Shown here in pieces: positions 7,522-11,282 of a stretch of 11,282 nucleotides of DNA. Every line of letters starts with the position of its first letter. Within the stretch, counting starts at the first letter, position 1. Under the pieces are notes generated by a model. That model ran no database searches. It worked only from the letters and a program-made list of their open reading frames with translations, and was not told the origin of the DNA. Position numbers and translations under genes: made by a program. This stretch comes from Miltoncostaea sp. (GTDB taxonomy: Bacteria; Actinomycetota; Thermoleophilia; Miltoncostaeales; Miltoncostaeaceae): NCBI GenBank assembly GCA_029288175.1, contig JARFPS010000171.1:1-11282 (forward strand). Reading direction: 5' to 3'.

Positions 7522-8022
7522 GTGTACCGCCCACCGGCGAGCCGCCGGGGCTGGACGTGGATCGGGGACGGTCGCCTCGCGATCGGGGCGAAGCCCGGCC
7601 CGGACGACATCGGGCGGCTCGCGGACGACGGGGTGACGCACATCGTCAACTGCCGGGCGCGCGAGCAGCACCTGATCTCCCAGGATCTCTGGATGGAGCA
7701 GCGCGCCCTCGGCGAGGGCCGAGTCGTCGCGGCGCCGATGTGGGACCACGGGCGACCTCAGGACCCGCGGCGATGGGCGCCGGCGGCAGAGTTCGCCGCC
7801 GCCGCGCTCGCCGACCCCGGCGCGCGCGTGCTGGTGCACTGCCAACAGGGCCGCCGGCGCTCGGCCATGGTGGCCTACGCCGTGCTGCGCTTGGGGGGCG
7901 TGTCCGAGTCGGAGGCGGCGCGCACGATCCTCGAAGGGCGCCCGGTCACGAGCATCGTGCCGGCGTACCGGGCGTCGGTCGAGGGGTGGCTGTCCGCGCG
8001 GGACACCCCGACGCTGCAATAA
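7522..8022 (+). CDS. Dual-specificity (Cys-based, CX5R) phosphatase-like protein, PTPMT1/DSP-like; start codon uncertain
   Basis: The P-loop VLVHCQQGRRRSAMVAYAVL matches the HCxxGxxRS active site (CX5R), as in PTPMT1 HCKAGRSRS. A candidate general-acid Asp lies in PMWDHGRPQD about 35 residues upstream. The domain core begins around DGVTHIVNCRAREQ. GTG 7522 is the only canonical in-frame start after the fabF stop (7466-7468). The six-frame ORF begins at ATG 7342, but that would overlap fabF by 126 nt. A GGAGG at 7456-7460 precedes a non-canonical ATC at 7471. Confidence 0.6.
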   Translation: MYRPPASRRGWTWIGDGRLAIGAKPGPDDIGRLADDGVTHIVNCRAREQHLISQDLWMEQRALGEGRVVAAPMWDHGRPQDPRRWAPAAEFAAAALADPGARVLVHCQQGRRRSAMVAYAVLRLGGVSESEAARTILEGRPVTSIVPAYRASVEGWLSARDTPTLQ

Positions 8023-8031
8023 TCGCGGACG

Positions 8032-9021
8032 ATGCCGCCCCATATCCACATCTCGGTGGACCGCCTGCGCCGCCGCCGGTCCACGCCGCCCTCCAAGAAG
8101 CCCGTGGGAGACGGCAAGGCCTGCAAGGCGTGCGGGGCGCACTTCCGCGCGGAGGAGCTCGAGCGCAACTGGGGCGTGTGCACGACCTGCGACCATCACT
8201 TCCCGGTCTCGTCGAGCGAGCGCATCACGCAGCTGGCCGACGGCGACGAGTGGCGCGAGCTCTGGTCCGAACTGGCCGCCACGGACCCTCTGCGGTTCAC
8301 CGATCTGGTCCCCTACACGGAGCGCGTCGAGCAGGCCGAGGCCAAGGGTGTCCGAGAGGCCCTCGTCGTGGGTGAGCTCAGCGTCCAGGGCGTCCCGTCG
8401 CTGGCGGCGGTCATGGACTTCGGCTTCCTGGGCGGCAGCATGGGCTCGGTGGTCGGCGAGAAGTTCGCCCGCGCAGCGGACCGCTGCGTCGAGACCGGTC
8501 GCCCGCTGAGCGTCATCACCGCCTCCGGCGGCGCGCGGATGCAGGAGGGTGTCATCGCGCTGATGCAGATGGCCAAGACGGTGGTGGCGATCGACGACCT
8601 CCGTGAGGCGGCGATCCCGGTCGTGGTCGTCCTCGCCCACCCCACCACCGGCGGCGTCTGGGCCTCCTTCGCCTCGATGGGCGACTTCACCTACGCCGAG
8701 CCGGGCGCGCTGATCGCGTTCTCGGGCCCCCGGGTCATCGAGCAGACCACCCGCGAGAAGCTGCCCCCGGAGTTCGGCCTGGCCGAATCCCAGCTCGAGA
8801 ACGGCCAGGTGGACGCGGTGGTCGATCGCCGCGAGCTTCCGGGTCGCATCGGGTCGGTCCTGAACATCCTCGACCGCCCGCGAGCCGACATCGACGACGG
8901 CGCCGGCCGCATCGCCCGCCAGGGCCGCGAGCGCGCTTCCCGCGCGGCCCAGGCCCTGCCCAAGCTCTCGCGGCGCCTGCGCGGGCGCCTGGGCACCGGG
9001 TCGGACGGGGGCGCCGAGTGA
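8032..9021 (+). CDS. accD: Acetyl-CoA carboxylase carboxyltransferase beta subunit AccD
   Basis: The N-terminal zinc ribbon CKACGAHFRAEELERNWGVCTTCDHHF aligns with E. coli [27 protein letters not shown]. It is followed by a crotonase-fold carboxyltransferase domain (GGSMGSVVGEKF, ASGGARMQEG). The start lies 9 nt after the phosphatase stop. Confidence 0.92.
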   Translation: MPPHIHISVDRLRRRRSTPPSKKPVGDGKACKACGAHFRAEELERNWGVCTTCDHHFPVSSSERITQLADGDEWRELWSELAATDPLRFTDLVPYTERVEQAEAKGVREALVVGELSVQGVPSLAAVMDFGFLGGSMGSVVGEKFARAADRCVETGRPLSVITASGGARMQEGVIALMQMAKTVVAIDDLREAAIPVVVVLAHPTTGGVWASFASMGDFTYAEPGALIAFSGPRVIEQTTREKLPPEFGLAESQLENGQVDAVVDRRELPGRIGSVLNILDRPRADIDDGAGRIARQGRERASRAAQALPKLSRRLRGRLGTGSDGGAE

Positions 9022-9956
9022 GCCGCCTCACGCGCCGCCTCACAGGCCGCTCCGAGGAGGCCGAGCCGCAGGATCGAGACGAGGTCTGGGAGGCGATCCA
9101 GCTCGCGCGCCACCAGGACCGCCCCTACCCACTCGACTACATCGATCGCCTCATGACCGACTTCGAGGAGATCCACGGCGACCGCCTGTTCTCCGACGAT
9201 CCCGCCCTGGTGTGTGGCATCGGGCGCTACCACGGTCGGCCGGTGGCGGTCATCGGGCATCAGAAGGGCCGGGACACCAACGAGCGCACCTACCGCAACT
9301 TCGGCATGCCGGGTCCGGAGGGCTACCGCAAGGGCATGCGCCTGATGGAGCTCGCCGAGAAGTTCGACCTCGACCTCGTCACCCTGATCGACACGCCCGG
9401 GGCGTACCCCGGCGCCGGAGCCGAGGAGCGGGGACAGGGGGGCGCCATCGCCCGCAGCATGCAGACCATGCTGCGTCTTCGCCCGCCGACCGTCGCGGTG
9501 GTCATCGGCGAGGGGTCGTCCGGCGGAGCGCTGGCGCTCGGCGTCGCCGACCGCGTGGTCATGCTCGAGAACACGACGTACTCGGTCATCTCGCCCGAAG
9601 GCGGCTCGGCCATCCTCTGGCGCGACGCCGGCAAGGCGCGGGACGCTGCCGCGGCCTTCAAGCCCACGGCGTCGAACTGCTACCGCTGGGGCGTCGCCGA
9701 CGCCGTCGTGCCGGAGCCGGCCGAGGGAGCCCATGCCGACGCCGACGAGGCCGCCCGCCTGCTCGACGCCTATCTCGAGCGCACGCTGCGGGAGCTCCGA
9801 CGCGTCGACGTCGGCCAGCGCCTGGCTCGTCGCAAGGAGCGGTTCCGCCGCATCGGCACGTTCCGCGAAGGCCCCCACGAGGGGCAGGTGCCGCTCGCCG
9901 ACCCGCCAGCCGATTCGGCGAGCGAGACGTCGAACGGGCAGCCCCCCGCGAGCTGA
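9018..9956 (+). CDS. accA: Acetyl-CoA carboxylase carboxyltransferase alpha subunit AccA
   Basis: QLARHQDRPYPLDYI, VIGHQKGRDTNERTYRNFGMPGPEGYRKGMRLMELAEKF and IDTPGAYPGAGAEERGQGGAIAR are near-identical to E. coli AccA motifs. GTG start at 9018 overlaps the accD stop as GTGA. The N-terminus is about 50 aa shorter than E. coli AccA and there is a short Pro/Ser-rich C-terminal tail. Confidence 0.92.
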   Translation: MSRLTRRLTGRSEEAEPQDRDEVWEAIQLARHQDRPYPLDYIDRLMTDFEEIHGDRLFSDDPALVCGIGRYHGRPVAVIGHQKGRDTNERTYRNFGMPGPEGYRKGMRLMELAEKFDLDLVTLIDTPGAYPGAGAEERGQGGAIARSMQTMLRLRPPTVAVVIGEGSSGGALALGVADRVVMLENTTYSVISPEGGSAILWRDAGKARDAAAAFKPTASNCYRWGVADAVVPEPAEGAHADADEAARLLDAYLERTLRELRRVDVGQRLARRKERFRRIGTFREGPHEGQVPLADPPADSASETSNGQPPAS

Positions 9957-9959
9957 GGG

Positions 9960-10244
9960 TCAGATCGTCTCGAGGTCGAGTCCGTGCAGCGCGAGCTCGT
10001 CGCCCACGCCCTCGGGAAGCTGAACCTCGCCGCCGAAGGCCTCCTTGTGGAGACGCAGCGCGCGCTCGAAGAGCGCGCGGTTGGTGGGGGTGTGCTCGGG
10101 GGTGAAGTCCACCGCCAGAGCGATCTCCCGGTACCACCGCTGAAGCTCGGCGCTGGGGCGTCGATCCGGATCAACGCGCACCATGTCCATCACGAGGGCT
10201 AGGAGTCCGCGCAGGGATGCGCGCGGGTCGGGTCCCGGTGTCAT
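9960..10244 (-). CDS. Hypothetical small protein (94 aa), family not recognised
   Basis: The ATG at 10244 is preceded on the minus strand by a perfect Shine-Dalgarno AAGGAGG with 5-nt spacing (plus-strand 10250-10256 cctcctt). Stop TGA at 9962-9960. The six-frame ORF (9960..10484) continues upstream in frame, but that part is Arg/Pro-rich and overlaps the 3' end of the neighbouring gene. The sequence MTPGPDPRASLRGLLALVMDMVRV...WYREIALAVDFTPEHTPTNRALFERALRLHKEAFGGEV... has mixed, helical-looking composition. I do not recognise any motif. Confidence 0.5.
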   Translation of the reverse strand: MTPGPDPRASLRGLLALVMDMVRVDPDRRPSAELQRWYREIALAVDFTPEHTPTNRALFERALRLHKEAFGGEVQLPEGVGDELALHGLDLETI

Positions 10245-10306
10245 CTGAGCCTCCTTGCTCGTCTGAAGGCGCAGGGCATCCCGCCGTGCGCCGTTGGTCG
10301 TGCAGC

Positions 10307-10322
10307 GGACCATCCGTGGTCC
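10307..10322 (-). terminator. Perfect 6-bp inverted repeat hairpin (GGACCA-tccg-TGGTCC) 20 nt downstream of the lipid-kinase stop; possible terminator or attenuator between the kinase gene and the small ORF
   Basis: The palindrome is seen directly in the sequence. There is no U-tract, which is common for actinobacterial terminators. It is also compatible with a protein-binding palindrome. Confidence 0.2.
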
Positions 10323-10342
10323 TTCCGCGTGGAGGTCGGCTC

Positions 10343-11282
10343 CTAGGGGGGCGACTTGAGGGGCGGGGCGGCGGATGGTCCCGGCGGGACCAGCACCCGG
10401 AGGGTGGGGCCGGCCGCGAACAGGACCGAGCCGTGCGAGCCGAGCGGCTCGCCGTCGGCCTGAACGGCGACGGCGCGGTCGCACTCCACCTCGATCGCGG
10501 TCGCGTGGCCGGCCGCCATTCGCCCCGAGCCGAGATGCCGGGCGGTGCCCCGGATCGATTCGGCGGCCAGTTCCGCCAGGCGGGCGGGCGTGATCTCAGG
10601 CATCGCCAACCAGGCCAGCACCCCGTCGAAGGCCGCGGCCGGCAGGGCGTGGACGGCGCGCGGACCCAGGTACGTGTAGGGGGACCCCACGGCCACGGCC
10701 AGCGCGGCGGCGGTCAGCCGCGGCCCGCCGGCGACCCGCACCGACAGGACGGGGGGGTCGCGCAGCGCGCGGGACGCCGCCACGCTCGCGCCGATCCCGA
10801 ACGCGGCCTGTCGAAGGCGCGCCTTCACGTTCGGCCGGGTCTCAACCCACTCCACCACCTCGGCGTCGATGCCCACGCCGGCATTGGCGATGAACGGGCG
10901 TCGCCGGGAGCCGGTCGTGACCTCGCCCACCGTCGCCTCCCGGACGATCCCGGCGGCCAGGGCCGGTGCGAGGGCCTGGGCCGCCCTGGTGCTCGACGCC
11001 GGCCACCCGAGCGCGCGGGAGAAGATGTTCGCGCCGCCCGCGGGGACGGGCGCGACGATCAGGCCCCGACGTGCGGCCGTCTCGGCCACCTGCGTCACCG
11101 TGCCGTCGCCACCGACCGTCACCAGGACGCGCGCGCCCGCGTCGGCGGCGTCCCGGGCGAAGCGCGCCGCGTCGCCGGGACCCCGCGTAGAGCGGAGCTG
11201 CAGGAGGCCGAACGGGGTGAGCACGTCGACCACCCGCCCGATCAGCCGCGATCGCGCCCTCGTGGCGGCGGGATTCACGATC
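10343..11282 (-). CDS. Diacylglycerol-kinase catalytic-domain (DAGK_cat, YegS/BmrU/Rv2252-like) lipid kinase; 5'-partial (continues beyond window end)
   Basis: RVLVTVGGDGTVTQVAE carries the GGDGT nucleotide-binding hallmark of DAGK_cat/sphingosine-kinase-like lipid kinases. The N-terminal ..NPAATRARS.. resembles the NPxSG start of the fold. Stop TAG at 10345-10343. The ORF is still open at 11282. Confidence 0.7.
   Translation of the reverse strand, partial: IVNPAATRARSRLIGRVVDVLTPFGLLQLRSTRGPGDAARFARDAADAGARVLVTVGGDGTVTQVAETAARRGLIVAPVPAGGANIFSRALGWPASSTRAAQALAPALAAGIVREATVGEVTTGSRRRPFIANAGVGIDAEVVEWVETRPNVKARLRQAAFGIGASVAASRALRDPPVLSVRVAGGPRLTAAALAVAVGSPYTYLGPRAVHALPAAAFDGVLAWLAMPEITPARLAELAAESIRGTARHLGSGRMAAGHATAIEVECDRAVAVQADGEPLGSHGSVLFAAGPTLRVLVPPGPSAAPPLKSPP

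Noticed and set aside
6167-8640. Long minus-strand ORFs 6167..7534 (455 aa) and 7021..8640 (539 aa) antisense to fabF/phosphatase/accD, plus + strand alternative-frame ORFs 6309..6629, 6691..6987, 6693..7070, 7557..8375
   Set aside because: Same GC-bias artefact: they are low-complexity R/G/A/P-rich and overlap confidently assigned genes in the sense frame.
8691-10137. Minus-strand ORFs 8691..9878 (395 aa), 9658..10137, 9770..10174 and plus ORF 9212..10105 overlapping accD/accA
   Set aside because: These are shadow ORFs. The accD and accA sense frames have near-identity to canonical motifs.
10245-10484. In-frame upstream extension of the small ORF to ATG 10484 (174 aa)
   Set aside because: The extension is RRRR/Pro-rich and overlaps the 3' end of the lipid-kinase gene. 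ATG 10244 has a perfect SD, which makes the 94-aa form far more plausible.
1-11282. Search for CRISPR repeats, IS/transposase, integrase, tRNA/rRNA, toxin-antitoxin or phage genes
   Set aside because: No direct-repeat arrays, no transposase or integrase-like ORFs, no tRNA-like cloverleaf candidates and no GC-content discontinuity were apparent. The window looks like core chromosome (topoisomerase, FAS-II, ACC) rather than a mobile island.

Overview
This is a high-GC window (roughly 70% or more, apparently Actinomycetota-like chromosome) that is densely coding, with a strong lipid-metabolism theme. From left to right it contains the following.

- **Plus strand, start of window:** the 3' end of a type IIA topoisomerase A-subunit gene (GyrA/ParC-like C-terminal blade plus an acidic tail).
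- **Minus strand, tightly packed co-directional trio:** an SPFH/Band-7 membrane scaffold protein, then a minimal Ku (NHEJ) protein, then a GalT-branch HIT-superfamily nucleotidyltransferase (CPFCPGNE ... HTHAQ motifs). The GalT-like homology runs upstream of every canonical start codon and into Ku's stop codon.
- **Plus strand, divergent from the trio:** an eight-gene type II fatty-acid synthesis operon with overlapping start/stop codons, in the order fabZ-fabH-fabD-fabG-fabF-[DSP phosphatase]-accD-accA. Two things stand out. There is no acpP (and no plsX) inside the cluster, with only 4 bp between fabG and fabF. A CX5R dual-specificity-phosphatase-like gene (HCQQGRRRS, PTPMT1/PGP-phosphatase-like) sits between fabF and accD.
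- **Minus strand, end of window:** a 94-aa hypothetical protein with a perfect AAGGAGG ribosome-binding site. Upstream of it (higher coordinates) lies a DAGK_cat (GGDG) lipid-kinase family gene that runs off the window end.

I found no rRNA, tRNA, CRISPR array, IS element or obvious repeat array. Many long antisense 'ORFs' in the six-frame track are GC-bias artefacts.

The most interesting candidates are the operon-embedded DSP-like phosphatase (possible lipid-phosphate phosphatase) and the SPFH-Ku-HIT/GalT gene trio.
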